Notes under the pieces: generated by a model
Database searches by the model: none
What the model was told of the DNA's origin: nothing
The model's input: only the letters and a program-made list of their open reading frames with translations
In this document: one piece after another, positions 1 to 13,409 of the stretch
Position numbering within the stretch: the stretch's first letter is position 1
Layout: each line of letters opens with the position of its first letter
Translations under genes and position numbers: made by a program
From: Mobula hypostoma
Lineage: Eukaryota
NCBI RefSeq assembly: GCF_963921235.1
Contig: NC_086097.1
Span: forward strand, 40,798,001-40,862,000
Direction of reading: 5' to 3'
DNA length: 64,000 nucleotides

Positions 1-490
1 ACCCATTTTAATTCCACTTCCCATTCCCATTCCGATATGTCCATCCATGGCCTCCTCCACTGTTGTGATAAAGCCACACTTAGGTTGTAGGAACAACACC
101 TTATATTCCAATTGGGTAGCCTCCAATCTGACGGCATGAACATCAATTTCTCAAAATTCCAGTATTGCCACCCTCCCCTTCACCATTTCTTACCCCTTTT
201 TCCCTCTCTCATGTTATTTCCTTACTCGCCCATCACCTCCCTCTGGTGCTCCTCCTCCCAACCCTTTTTTCTTTCTTCTCTTTCACCTATCAACTTCCTA
301 GCTCTTTGCTTCACACCTCCCCCTTCAGGTTTCACCTGTCTCTCTCCCCTCCTCCCACCTTTCAAATCTACTCCTCAGCTTTTTTTCTCCAGTCCTGCCC
401 GCCGAAGGATTTTGGCCCGAAATCTCATCCGTGCTTTTTTCTGTGGATGCTGCCTGGCCTGCTGAGTTCCTCCAGCATCTTGTGTGAGCA
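1..490 (+). mobile_element. Penelope-like element (PLE) 3' fragment: GIY-YIG endonuclease C-terminus, pyrimidine-rich tract and terminal repeat with a decayed hammerhead motif
   Basis: Translates HFNSTSHSHSDMSIHGLLHC..ATLRL*EQHLIFQLGSLQSDGMNINFS. The same module occurs at 38045, 52160 and 55140, and on the - strand at 7960 and 35700. Decayed CAGTCCTG..GAAGG..GGCCCGAAA at ~390-422. Confidence 0.85.
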
Positions 491-1544
491 GCTTACTTTG
501 TATAGTTTTTGAAATAGCTGTGCACATTATAAAGGCTTTTAGCATACACTTTCTTTACGTGACTTGCACATTATTCTCAGGGTCAGTTCCATGTTACAAG
601 AGTTTCCAGTGCAAATTTTGATGGCCAGCAGTAAAATATTGTTTAGATATATACTTATGTATGAATCTTATGAGTAAGGTTCAGTGATGGATTTCAGACA
701 AACATAGTGGCCCAAAAAATATAATAATATTATTGGCCCAAAAAATAAATATTGAATGTTGAAAAACAGTTCACTAATTTGTAATCGTTTGCTTAAAGTG
801 TATTGCTAAACAGTGGCATTTTTGGCTTCACATCAGAGGCTATAAGCTCTGCAAGTGTGAGCACAAAGTTTCTGCTGGTAAGCCAGCGTCAGGACTGAGA
901 GAAAACAGAAGGGGCATGTGATCTGGGAAGGTTCCAGGTAACATTCCCAACTGAAAGCTCTCAATTGCGGAGGTGATCTGTTCCCTCCTTCAGAGGAAAG
1001 GCTTCTCTTGGCTGATGGAAATCGCCAGTTTTCACTGGGAAGCTGACAGTGCTGGGATGGGTGTCTCCGTCTCTCCCTGGAATTCTAACTGGAGCAAGCT
1101 GCCCCGTGTTGAGGCTGAGAGACAGGTACTGCTGCACTGTGTCAGCACAATGACATCACTGGATTTCTGTCTCTGTGGCTCACTCGCGACTGGCACCAGC
1201 ACAAACTACAGTGGATGCTAAAAATCTGAAAAGCAAACCGTAATTGCAAGGGGGAATGCCGTGAAGGTCAGGCAGTGATCCTGGGCAGTTAAACATTTGG
1301 TGCACTCACTCCACTGGGAATTCTGTTGCTGCATCAGAGCACTGGCGATGAACTACAGCAAATCATTGATACTGAAATAGAATTTTCATGTCTACAACAA
1401 AGCATTGGTTCAGATTGTGTGGGTTGTGATTGGCCTTTCAAAGTGTTGTTTCTAAAAGGTTTAGATTTGATTCAATATAACCTTCTTTCAACACTAAGAC
1501 CCTGTAACCCTGGCAGGGTCTTCAATGCCCTCACATGTTTACGT

Positions 1545-1805
1545 GTCTATGGAGTAGGCCCTTCCAGCCCTTTGAGCCGCGCCACCCAGCAGCCCCTGAT
1601 TTAACCCTAGCCTAATCATGAGACAATTTTCAATGACTAATTACCCTACCAATCTGTACGTCTTCAGACTGTGGGAGGAGACCGGAGCACCCGGAGGAAA
1701 CCCACGCGGTCACGGGGAGAACATGCAAACTCCTTAGGGGCAGCAGGGGGAGTTGAATCCAGGTTGCCCGCACTGCAAAGCCTTATGCTAGCCACTATGC
1801 TACGA
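1545..1805 (-). mobile_element. V-SINE (HE1-like tRNA-derived SINE)
   Basis: Reverse complement gives a tRNA-like head followed by the V-domain GGAGTTTGCATGTTCTCCCCGTGACCGCGTGGGTTTCCTCCGGGTGCTCCGGTCTCCTCCCACA. Confidence 0.85.
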
Positions 1806-2407
1806 TGGGGATTAAAGATCCTCATAATCTCCTTAAACAGTTATCACCGTCAAGGGATTGTTAAATATAATCATAATAGTTAAGTGAATGACATGATATT
1901 TTTACAGAATGCGGGCATGGTGAGTGCAACCCTGTGTGGAAAGTGAATTCAGAGAAGAGTTTTATTTACTTTACCTTAACAAATAGTTAAAACTCTTTAA
2001 GGTGGTAGTTCTATTGAAAATAGAGGTATTATTAAACCCGTTTATGGAGAAATTATTAAAATCTATTACATTTTGCGTATCGGATTCTGAAAGCCCTTGA
2101 GCGCATCAGGGTGCTCATTCGCTGGGCTTCAGTATGCAATGCTCATTCTCTGCTAGCAGGTGAGGTGAGATGGGGTGGTGGTCAGTATGTCTGGCCCTAT
2201 CCATCAGATAAAAGCAATGCTCAGACAGGAAAGGACATGAGGAAACAGGATGGTGTTGGAATAGTGAATAGGTATAGATAGGTTTTTAATATAAATGGGA
2301 GAATAATTTGGTGAGATCACAAAAGCAAGCTACAAGAAAGTATGAAAAACTAAGACAAAATGAAAAAAAAACAACTGAAAACAATATTTTGGATGAATTA
2401 AACTCAT

Positions 2408-2659
2408 GCTGGTGGCGCAGTGACATCAGTGCCGGACTCCGGAGCGAAGGTTCCCGAGTTCGAATCCAGCAGGGCCGCTCCCGGGCATGCTTTCCATCTG
2501 TGCCGGGTTGAGTGTTGAGCTCGCAACTCAGCCTCGTAAAATAAAAAACTGCGCTGTGAGAGGGATGTGGGGGACCACTAACAGAATCTTTCCTCCAAGA
2601 CAAGCACTTGAAAAAAGTGGTCGCTGAGGCTCTGGCAGAGTATGGCACACAAAAAAAAA
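2408..2659 (+). mobile_element. tRNA-derived SINE with poly(A) tail
   Basis: A-box-like TGGCGCAGTGA and B-box GTTCGAATCC. Core GCTTTCCATCTGTGCCGGGTTGAG is shared with copies at 53152 and 60314. A-run at 2651-2659. Confidence 0.8.
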
Positions 2660-3959
2660 GAGGAAGGAGGAAGTAGTTGTGCTTTTAAAAACAATCCATG
2701 CCTGATTATGTTTTGTTTGCAATATGCTGTCGTTGGAAAGAAAAGTCTGATAGAGACCCAAAAGGTCACGTTTCACTCAGTTACCTGAATGCTGAAATTG
2801 AAAGTGACACTGAAATTGAATCAGTATTGCGCCAGTAAAATAGTTAAGGATAAGCTTCTTCTCCTGGTGACATGTGCAGTTGAAATGATAAATCTGAAAT
2901 CCTGATAGCACCACTTAGAGGTTATGATTCACCTCAGAAAGCATTGGGAGCAGATTCTTTATCATGGGAATTCTTCTGTTGGCACCATGAAAGTTTCTCT
3001 TTGACTCCATGCCATTCCTCTGCATGAGAGAAAGCAGAGGCCTCAAGAAAGGCTGACAAAAATACAATAACTATTTGCATTTTATTTTATTAACCTGTAC
3101 TGATACAGTACAGATTTGTATATTTGTACTCCCACATCTCATTGCTCCTTGACCCCAGTTAAATAATTAAGATTAATTCATATTGAAATCGGATTCCTCA
3201 GAATAACCTGCAGGGAAATGTGTGTTAACAGTGAAACGGTCATTCTGCAACTTGATTGATGTTTGTTGGGAGCTTGTTACCTTCTTTCTGGGGATTGATT
3301 CTTCTTACTCAAGCCTGACCACCCAGTGTGCACCTGTCAGTCTGCAGATTTCCAACCTGTGTTTTAAATCATTAATGTAAATCAACAAATGTTGTAGTCG
3401 CAGCAGTCGTCCTTGTGAAATCCTGCGTTTTGCCCTTAGCCTGCTGAATAGTTCCCCTTTCTTTTTTTCCAGCAAAACCTTCTGGAACACGTGCTCAAAC
3501 TCTGCATACGCTGATCTTGTCCTTTTGATTATTGCAGGGTACAATATCACAAGCCCTTTGAAAATCTGCATATATCATATCCCCACCACTCTAATATTCT
3601 CTTGGCTATCTTGTCTTAGAATTTAATGAGGAGAGTAAAGCATGACATTCTCTTTTGAAACCTGTGCTGTCAAATAATTTTTGATGTTCAGTTAGTAAGG
3701 ATGATATATTTTTCCAATAGCCATGTTCAACCTGACTGACCGAACAGTTCAATCTTGGCTTCCAACCAGTTGTTTCACTGCCTAGAACTGCACTTGTATA
3801 GTACTTTTTTTCCAGTAAAAAATGATTTTGTGTAGAAATGAAGTTTAATTCCAATGGTTCTTAGGTCAAATAGTGCCATTCCAGAAATCCAGCTGAGCAC
3901 TTGTCATGAAATCGATCTACTTAGACCACAGTTGGAGAAAGTGAGCCCGTGTAGTTTTA

Positions 3960-4155
3960 ACACAAACACGATAAAATCTGCAGAAGTCGGGAATCAAAGC
4001 AACACCCACAAAATGCTGGAGGAACTCCGCAGGTCGGGCAGCATCCATGGAAAAGAGCAAGCAGTCAACGTTTGGGCAGAGACCCTTTAGCAGGACTAGG
4101 AATCTAGAAGCATCAACTCTTTACTCTTTTCCATAGATGCTGCCTAGCCTGCCAT
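3960..4155. mobile_element. Inverted pair of PLE terminal-repeat fragments with a decayed hammerhead on the - strand
   Basis: Left arm ACAAAATGCTGGAGGAACTC..GGCAGCATC and right arm CCATAGATGCTGCCT are inverse copies of the PLE terminus. Confidence 0.7.
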
Positions 4156-5169
4156 GAAGTTTTAAAGCCAGGCTGAGATTTGATAGCATTGCTTGCTCTG
4201 CAGTACACAACGTAAAGGGAGGCTTGCTGACTAGATTTCAGCACATTCTAGCACACTTCTGGCACTACGCCACAGGCTGCTCTCTCTGTTTACATGCAGT
4301 GTCTTAGCATCCCATGGTACCAAACCTCAACATGCTACTCCTCCCACTCACCAATCTCACAAATTCCATGCTCAGCCATTTGTCCTACGAATCCCAGAGT
4401 CACGATCAAACCTTCAACCGCTGATCACAGGCTTCCCAGTTAAGCAATTCTGTCCTGTCTCATCAATCTGCTGCCAGCTCAGTGACTTCACAGTTGCTGG
4501 TCAGTCAACAATGGGTCGACTTCCCGGCTGGTGAGTGACTCTGCTTCTGATCAGCTGTACTATGCCCTCTTGCTATTATTTGCTAGCAACTAATTCTTGT
4601 CCCAAGCAGCCCCTGCATCACAGGGGCCTGTGACCCCTGAACACTGTTGTGCCTGTAGTCTGCTTCTTATTTACTGTACCTTCACAGTATGGGAAAAGAA
4701 AACCTTACCTTGCAGTTGATTCAGTGGGAGTATGAGTACTGAATTTCCAAGCAGCAGACGCACGTTGGCAGACAAAATGTAGAAAGACTTATGCACATCT
4801 GAAGGCACTGGGGGCTTTAAAAAAAACCTACATCAGGACCTGGGTTTTAACCTCTTTAGTTTGTTTAAGATTTATCTTTTTTATATTAATTGTGGTTATT
4901 TAATTCCTATCCTTCTCTTCTGATGTCGTGTTCACTAGATTCGCTTTCCTTGTACTTACTGTTTTATATTGATCATTTAATTCACACCCCAGCTCTTTTT
5001 AATTGTGTATCTGTAGAGTTCTTTTACTTTAATTGCTTCCCTTTGCCTTCCAAATTGCTTTTTTGACATTTTTCCTGAACTGCCCAACATTTTCCCTTTT
5101 ATTTGTGCTTTTTCAGTGTCCAGATATTTGTAGAGGCACCAGGAATACATCTGGTCGAAACATAAAGGT

Positions 5170-6268
5170 GGTCGTCATAGTCAGACTTTATTGATCCTGG
5201 GGGAAATTGGTTTTCGTTACAGTTCCACCATAAATAATTAAATAGTAATAAAACCATAAATAATTAAATAGTAATATGTAAATTATGCCAGGAAATAAGT
5301 CCAGGACCAGCCTATTGGCTCAGGGTGTCTGACCCTCCAAGGGAGGAGTTGTAAAGTTTGATGGCCACAGGCAGGAATGACTTCCTATGACGCTCTGTGC
5401 TGCATCTTGGTGGAATGAGTCTCTGGCTGAATTTACTCCTGTGCCCAACCAGTCCATTATGTAGTGGATGGGAGACATTGTCCAAGATGGCATGCAACTT
5501 GGACAGCATCCTCTTTTCAGACACCACTGTCAGAGAGTCCAGTTCCATCCCCACAACATCACTGGCCTTACGAATGAGTTTGTTGATTCTGTTGGTGTCT
5601 GCTACCCTCAGCCTGCTGCCCCAGCACACAACAGCAAACGTGATCACACTGGCCACCACAGACTCGTAGAACATCTTCAGCATTGTCCAGCAGAGGTTAA
5701 AAGACCTCAGTCTCCTCAGGAAATAGAGACGGCTCTGACCCTTCTTGTAGACAGCCTCAGTGTTCTTTGACCAGTCCAGTTTATTGTCAATTCATATCCC
5801 CAGGTATTTGTAATCCTCCACCATGTCCACACTGACCCCCTGGATGGAAACAGGGGTCACCGATACCTTAGCTCTCCTCAGGTCTACCACCAGCTCCTTA
5901 GTCTTTTTCACATTAAACTGCAGATAATTCTGCTCACACCATGTGACAAAGTTTCCTACCGTAGCCCTGTACTCAGCCTCATCTCCCTTGCTGATGCATC
6001 CAGTTATGGCAGAGTCATCAGAAAACTTCTGAAGATGACAAGACTCTGTGCAGTAGTTGAAGTCCAAGGTGTAAATGGTGAAGAGAAAGGGAGACAAGAC
6101 AGTCCCCTGTGGAGCCCCAGTGCTGCTGATCACTCTGTCGGACACACAGTGTTGCAAGCACACGTACTGTAGTCAGCTAGTCAGGTAATCAAGAATCCAT
6201 AACACTAGGGGAGCATCCACCTGCATCGCTGTCAGCTTCTCCCCCAGCAGAGCAGGGCGGATGGTGCA
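5170..6268 (-). mobile_element. Rex1/Babar-type non-LTR retrotransposon, 5'-truncated RT
   Basis: ORFs 5792..6163 (GAPQGTVLSPFLF, LQKFSDDSA, YKYLG) and 5312..5683. The 3' end on the - strand reads GGATCAATAAAGTCTGACTATGAC. Confidence 0.85.
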
Positions 6269-7369
6269 GATGGAGGCTATTGAATATACATGATGAGATT
6301 GAGATTGGGGGAAAAAAAGCTGCTGGACATTAAGCTAAGTAACTACCCCTTTCAAAATGGTCATGGAAAAGAGGTATGTGAGAAAAGACTTCAGTAATCT
6401 TTGAGAAACATGGTTCGCTTAGTGTCAACTTTGCACACCTGAAAATACATCTCTAGAGGTAAAGGGATAGCCAATAGTTTGGATCGAAACCTGCTGCAGT
6501 TGAAACCATTTCTGCCCACGGTTTAGAGGAATGTGCACAGTCCAATCCAGTTCCATTCACTTTCTGGATAACAATGATGTCAAAGAGAGACTGAAACATT
6601 CAGGTCATATTAAGTGGTTATTAATAAGAAGACTTGGGTGCTAGGTGCAACCCTGACTTCTGAATGTACTTATACCAAAAAGTGTGCTTCGCCCTTCCAT
6701 AGAAATGCACTTTAATGGGGAGATGGGATGAGAAGGAGCTCAACCATTTTACTAAGCCATTTTAGCACTTTGTAAAATATGAATAGTCTTTTCAATGTGA
6801 TAAAAATGTGGATGTAGCCAACATCTGGTGATAGAATTGAATATATGCACTTCATAAAAATTAGTATTCAATTGTCCTAGACCATGGCACACAGATAATA
6901 AATCACATATACATGAGTATTATACACTTTGCTTGTCCTTGGAATCATAAATTTATTGAGAAATATTATAATAGTCTCTTGTTATGCTTGAGATTTCATA
7001 AAATGGAAATGGGACATTAAAATGCAAGGTTGGATTAGGCTTTCTATCACTCCACTGTGCTGAAACATAATTTAAGCAAAATAAACTAAATGTATCTGGA
7101 TGTTTTTAGGCTGTCTTTATGATATACATTGATATTTCTACTTGCTGATCTTGGTTGCTTGTGCCATTAACACGTCTGTAGCCTGTAATTTACTTTGGCT
7201 TGGCCAATGTAAATCACTTTGCCCCAACAGGTGGGGACGGAGCTTGCAGTAACACTCAGATAAGCAAATGAAAACTCTCCCAGCATAATGGGAAGAACTG
7301 GTCAGTTTTTAAACATTTTTTCAGAGTTTGAATTGCTGGTATAAAGTGTCACTAGATCTGTTGGTCTGG

Positions 7370-8110
7370 AGACACAAGAGACAGCAGATGCTGCAGCAGA
7401 GGAACTCAGCAGGCTGAGCAGCATTTATGGGGCGGTGGGTGGTAGGGAGGGAATTGTTGGCATTCTGTGTCAAAATACTGCTTCAGGACTAAGTGGGGAG
7501 GTGAGTTGCGGTAGAATGCGCATAAAGATGGGTGGACTGAGGAAAGGTGGAAAGTGTTGGGCAGCTGAAGCCAAGTCAGGGAGAGGGAAAGACGGAGTTG
7601 GAAGAGAGTAGCAGGTGGATGATTGGTGAGTGGCAGACAAACAGAAAAAGTCAGATGGAACAAAGTGGAGGGCGGGGAAGGCTGTAGATGAAGAGAGTAG
7701 GGAGGAAGGCCACCAGTGCTGGGATCTGATACGTAAGGAAGGTGATAGCATGAACCTTTAAGAATGAAATGAAAGGCAGATTGAAGCAGAACTTGGGGGT
7801 GTGGGGAAAAAACAGTGAGTAAAATATGTGATATGTGTGTGGATGTAACCAGGAGGGGGAAGGAAAATAGGCAGTAGGGAGCTGGTGAAGTGGGGGAATG
7901 GGAAAAGGCACAAAAATGAGAGGAGTGGGAAACAGAGAGGGTATGAGGGTCGCTGAAATTGGAAAATTCACTGTTCACACCATCGGGTTGTGGACTACTC
8001 AGGTGGAACTTGAGATGTTGTTCCTCCAGTGCGTTGGCTCTCACTCCAGCAGTGGAGAATGCCAATGATGGACTGGTTGATGTGGGAATGGGAAGGGGAA
8101 CTGCACGGAT
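7370..8110 (-). mobile_element. Degenerate PLE 3' fragment
   Basis: ORF 7406..8254 contains LEEQHLKFHLSSPQPDGVNSEFSNF, then a pyrimidine tract and the terminal repeat. Confidence 0.75.
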
Positions 8111-8149
8111 GTGCATACGGGAGCTCGGGTGAACAGAATGTAGGTTTCT

Positions 8150-8330
8150 GCGAATCAACAAGCAATTTACAGGAGGACCCCGCAGGTCAAGCTGCATCGG
8201 TGAGAGGAAAGGAACTGCTGTCATTTCGGGATGAAGCTCTGTATCAGGACTCACACAGATGCTGTTTGCCCCACTGAGTTCCCCCAGCAGTTTAGTGCTT
8301 CAGATTCCAGCATCTCCAGTCATTTATTTC
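8150..8330. mobile_element. Short inverted pair of PLE terminal repeats
   Basis: The - strand reads GTCCTGATAC..CCCGAAATGAC (decayed hammerhead). The right arm CAGATGCTG..TGAGTTCCCCCAGC..TTCCAGCATCT is the + orientation terminus. Confidence 0.6.
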
Positions 8331-8430
8331 TTTCCCACAGATCCTTCGCTTAGTCCTTGCCAAAGCAGAGGAGGCCAGACCAGGATGACAAATGCAGTAG
8401 CTGAAGTTGGAGGAGATGAATGTAAATATG

Positions 8431-9148
8431 TACCTGGGTGCCATTATACACCAGTCATTGAAAGTGGGCATGCAGGTACAGCAGACGGTGAAAAAGGCGA
8501 ATGGTATGCTGGCATTTATAGCAAGAGGATTCGAGTACAGGAGCAGGGAGGTACTACTGCAGTTGTACAAGGCCTTGGTGAGACCACACCTGGAGTATTG
8601 TGTGCAGTTTTGGTCCCCTAATCTGAGGAAAGACATCTTTGCCATAGAGGGAGTACAAAGAAGGTTCACCAGATTGATTCCTGGGATGGCAGGACTTTCA
8701 TATGAAGAAAGACTGGATGAACTGGGCTTGTACTCGTTGGAATTTAGAAGATTGAGGGGGGATCTGATTGAAACGTATAAAATCCTAAAGGGATTTGACA
8801 GGCTAGATGCAGGAAGATTGTTCCCAATGTTGGGGAGGTCCAGAACAAGGGGTCACAGTTTGAGGATAAAGGGGAAGCCTTTTAGGACCAAGATTAGGAA
8901 AAATTTCTTCACACAGAGTGGTGAATCTGTGGAATTCTCTGCCACAGGAAACAGTTGAGGCCAGTTCATTGGCTATATTTAAGAGGGAGTTAGATATGGC
9001 CCTTGTGGCTAAGGGGATCAGGGGTATGGAGGGAAGGCTGGGGCGGGGTTCTGAGTTGGATGATCGGCCATGATCATAATAAATGGCAGTGCAGGCTCGA
9101 AGGGCCGTATGGCCTACTCCTGCACCTATTTTCTATGTTTCTATGTTT
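8431..9148 (+). mobile_element. CR1 LINE 3' fragment inserted into a PLE remnant
   Basis: ORF 8407..8958 contains LYKALVRPHLEYCVQFWSP and RRLRGDLIETYK. Tail TTTCTATGTTTCTATGTTT. Nearly identical to the 3' ends of the copies at 17458 and 28360. Confidence 0.92.
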
Positions 9149-10344
9149 CACCCGGAAGGGTTGTTTATGGTCCCAGATAGTGTTGTTTTGCACCATCTGT
9201 TGTGACTGTCAATGAGGTGTAAATGGTCAATATCTGGCATAGAGATGTCCTTGTCTTAGATTGATGACTAGTTCTCAATTGTATTAACTGGCTACCATTC
9301 CTATCCCATAATTTCTGCAAAATGGCCATATCTAACAATGTAAGATGAACGGGAACTTAGTTCAGAACTAAGCCACTGAGGCACCTTCAGCAGTGTCTCA
9401 CTGTAAATATAACAGAATGGGTTATGTGTACTTTGTTGTCCTTTTGCCACTTGGTTAACACATGTTTTTAGATCAGAGCTAATGACTCAGACATCTGGTC
9501 ATATATTTCCCTCCGATGTCAAGGGAGAAAATCAGTGTAACAATCAAGCGAGGAAACGTTCTACTCCTTTAATCAATAGTAAACATATCCAGCTTTGTAA
9601 CAAAACAACGTTGCTTGTGTCACCAGAGATGTTTTTAGCCAGACTGAACCGTTGAGCTTCCCAGAAATAAAAGTGTCTATTCCCTTCTGCAATGTCAATT
9701 TAAGTTATTAGTGTAGACTTGTGACAACACTACATGCACTCATTGCCTGTCCCAGTAGGATAGAAACAATTAATAAAGCTGAGAAAAAAATAAACAAAAT
9801 TAGATTTTAGCAGCCATGTGGAGAGAGGGATCAATTTGCGTGAGCTGTAATCGAGACTTGTTTTGATCATACAAAAGAGATTATGAAAAATTGAAATGAC
9901 ATTTCTTGCAGTGTTAGCTTGACATGTTTAGTTGAAGACCATTATGAAGACTGAAATGAACACTTCTGTTTTTGTTTTCATTCCTGTCACATTACTGGAA
10001 TTTTCCCATCATACTGTCATGAAAAGATTTTGTTAATTAAATCCAACACATTTATTGTTTTAAGTCAAATTTTTTCAGCAATAATTTATTACCTCAGGGC
10101 AAATATACATGTTGTTGGTTTGTCTGGGTAATTGGTATCAGGACTCCATCTCACTCCCACTGGATTGGAAAAGTCGTTGAACCTTGCCTATCATGTGGGA
10201 CAAATAGATGATCGATCCCAGAAAAGTAGGATTTTAATAAAAGAAAATTGATGGCTGTTTGCAAGGGTTCTGCTTTGTGTGATTGTGGACCAGTGCTTGT
10301 ATGTGTAATGTGAGACTGAAAGCCACTGGTGTTGAAGTACCAAA

Positions 10345-11112
10345 TTTATCAACAGAAGAGATTCTGCAGATGCTGGAAATCTTTGAGTAACACACATAAA
10401 GTGGCAGAGGAACTCAGCAAGCCAGGCAGCATCTATGAAGGGTAATAAACAGTCAGGACTGGAAAAGGGTTCTGATAGAGATAGATAGATAGCTAGATAG
10501 ATACTTTATTGATCCCGATGGAAACTACAGTGTCACAGAAGCATTACAGGTGCACAGATACAAATATTAGAGGAAAAATCAAAATAATAAAAAAGAGTTA
10601 CCATGAGCAGTCTAACAGGAGGGGCTCATCACTTCCCCGGCTATAGGTTGACTCATTATAGAGCCTAGTGGCTGAGAGTAAGAATGACCTCATATAGCAC
10701 CCTTTGGAGCAGCGCAGTTGTCTTAGTCTATTAAGAAAAGTGCTCCTCTGTTCAGCCAAGGTGGCATGCAGAGGGTGAGAAACATTGCCCAGAGTTGCCA
10801 GGATTTTCTGTATGGTCCTTTGTTCTTTCACAGCCTCCAGTGTGTCCAGTTTGACTCTTATAACATAGCCACCCTTTCTAATCAGTTCATTGAGCCTGCT
10901 GGCATCACCCATGTTGATGCCATTGCCCCAGCACACCACCGCATAGAAGATTGTAATGGCAACAGCAGACTGGTAGAACATGTGAAGGAGAGACCTGCAT
11001 ACTCCAAAGGACCTCAGTCTCCTTAAGAAGAGTCTTGGCCCAGATCTTCAACTTTTTATTCCTCTCCACAGATGCTGCCTGAGCTCTTCCTGCATTCTGT
11101 GTGTGTGTTGCT
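10345..11112. mobile_element. Inverted PLE terminal-repeat pair split by a Rex-type insertion
   Basis: Left arm 10345-10465 (ATTCTGCAGATGCTGGAAATC..GGCAGCATCTATG) and right arm 11028-11112 (GTCTTGGCCC..CAGATGCTGCCTG). Confidence 0.65.
10478..11027 (-). mobile_element. Rex1/Babar-type LINE 3' fragment
   Basis: ORF 10598..10981 (MFYQSAVA..FYAVVCWG..SHPLH) is homologous to 5312..5683. 3' GGGATCAATAAAGT followed by an (ATCT)n tail. Confidence 0.8.
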
Positions 11113-11149
11113 AGTGTTGAAGTATTTTCCTTTACTGTCACTGGGGTCA

Positions 11150-11425
11150 TAGTGTACTAAACACAGAATCAGGCCATTTAGACCATCTAATCCATGTCAA
11201 TTTGATCTTCTGCTTAGTGCCATCTACCTGTACACAAATCCACCCCCACCCCCATCCATATACATATCCAAACTTCTCTTAAGTGTTACAATTGAACAGA
11301 CATCCACCTCTTCCACTGCTGGCTCATTCCACACTCATACCACCTTCTGAGAGAAAAAGATTCGTATCAAATTCCCCCTTTCACCCTAAACTATAACCTC
11401 TTGTTCTAGATTCACCCAGCCAAGG
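11150..11425 (-). mobile_element. Old CR1 3' end
   Basis: Decayed match to CR1 3' termini (CAGGCCATTTAGACC; CTCATTCCACACTCATACCACC). Confidence 0.55.
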
Positions 11426-11899
11426 TCGTCTCACTATCTACTACTATTTCCCGGTGGACATGCAGGAGTCAGTGTGAAAGTGATAATAATTTCCTCAATT
11501 ATGCACTGAAGGTCACCCTCACCATGTGGCCTCTTTGCTGTTGTAGGCATGCAGCCTTGGCTTGATTCAATGGTCACACTGACATCAGCCTAACACCTCT
11601 ATTGTCCCCACAAAAGATGGACTGGAGAGGAAGAGTTCTTGTTTCTGTTGACGATGTTGCTATGGATTGATCCTGACCTACTTGTTTTTAAATCAATTTG
11701 GCATGATTTGCCTTGTGTGAAGTGATGGTTTGAGGTCTTATGTCCATTAGCAACCCCCCTGCGTAGTCTTCAGTGCTCTGTTAATTAGTCAATATTTTGT
11801 TCTGGTGTCTGTTCTGTTTGCTCTGGGAGCTATGCATGCTTTACTCTGCTTCCAGCTCCTAAAACAACCAATTATGTAAGAAGATGATATTTCAGATTC

Positions 11900-12715
11900 T
11901 GCAGGATAGAAAAAAGTCAACTCGTCCATGCTGACAAAGATAACCACTGCCTGCATTTGTCCCAAATCCCTCTATATCTTCCTTTTTCATGTACTCGTTC
12001 AAGATTTTTCTTAAACGCCATAATTATACCTGCCTCAGTGACCTCCGCCACCAGCTCATTCCATATACCCACCATCTTGTGTGAAGAAAAACTTGCTTCT
12101 CAACTAACCTTTAAATCTTCTCTCTCTTGAACCTAGGCCCTCAGGTTTGAGACTTCCCTGTCCCAAAGGAAAAACACTGTGACTACTTGCCCTTTCTATG
12201 TCCCTTAAAATTTTATAAAGCCTGATAAAATACCTCTCAGTCTCCTTCGCTCCAAAGAAAGTTGTCCCCGTCTATTGAATCTCACCCCACAACTCAATTC
12301 CAGGCCAAATCCTGTCATTCACTGTGTAAATCCTGGGCTTGTTTAACACACCCAACTGCAACATTTCACACCATCTTAAGTTAAATTCCATCTGCCATTT
12401 AGGCCTACTTTCTGGGTTGATCTAGATCTTGGAAGCTGATAGTTTTCTTCGCCATCCACTATACAATCAATTTTGCAGTCACCTGTAAATTGACTTATCA
12501 TGCCACCTCCAGTCTTGTCCAAGTAGTTGACATTGATGGCAAACAACAGGAAACCAGCACTGATCCTTACTGCACACCGCTGGTTGCAAGCCTCCAATCT
12601 GAAAAACCACCCTCCACTACCACCCTCTGTCTCCCACCACCAAGCCAATTTTGCACCCGCTTGGCCAGCTTGCCTTGATCTTATGTGTTCCAGCTTTCTG
12701 GATCAGGCTATCATT
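11900..12715 (-). mobile_element. Degenerate CR1 RT and 3' fragments
   Basis: ORF 12376..12648 contains ISQFTGDCKI (SKFADDTKI homologue). 3'-end similarity over 11900-12300. Confidence 0.6.
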
Positions 12716-13021
12716 CTGCTTTTCTTCATATGGCTTTGCTGCTAGTCTTGGTAGTTCTTTATTTTTTTTATTTAATGCAAGCACATGGAAACATGCCTTG
12801 TAAACAAACCTATCTCAGACTTGTTTTTAGCTTAAATTTCCACGTCATCAGAAAGGGTGTTTTCACAATCTGCCATGGTGCTCTAAAATTCTCAGAGCAT
12901 CAAATGTTCCAGATGTATTCTGTCTTTTCTATTAAACTGTCTCATTAATTGTTCCTGTGTAGTGCCAATTCTTTTGCCGAGGTTTGGCTTGCCGTACTGC
13001 CCCCACTCAGCTTTATAGATT

Positions 13022-13190
13022 TACACTCAGTGGCCACTTTATTAGGTACATCTGTACACCCACTTGTAAATGCAAATATCTAATCAGTCAATCATGCGGC
13101 CTCAATTCAGTGTGTAAGAGCATGCAGCCATGGTGAAGTGGTTCAGCTCTTGTTCAGATTGAGCATCAGAATGGGAAGAAATGTGATCAT
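13022..13190 (+). mobile_element. Tc1/mariner left end
   Basis: TA plus terminal inverted repeat (TIR) CACTCAGTGGCCACTTTATTAGGTAC. The following sequence matches 22181-22340. Confidence 0.75.
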
Positions 13191-13409
13191 GTATCTCCAC
13201 CCGAAATGTATCTAACTATGCCCATTATCTCCATAGGCTGCAGTAATACTGCAGCAATACAAAACAGAGAATGGGAAATGTAACTGGGCACTCTATTTCA
13301 GAATGCCATGTTTTGAATGTGTGGATGAATCTGAATCAGATTCATGTTTATTACCCCTGACATATACTGTGAAATTTGTTGTTGTGTAGCAGCAGTGCAG
13401 TGCAAGACA

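Noticed and set aside
4700..4815. - strand open segment with a strong AAG|GTAAGG donor
   Set aside because: The peptide is unrecognisable and the segment adjoins decayed repeat-like sequence. Support as a host exon is insufficient.
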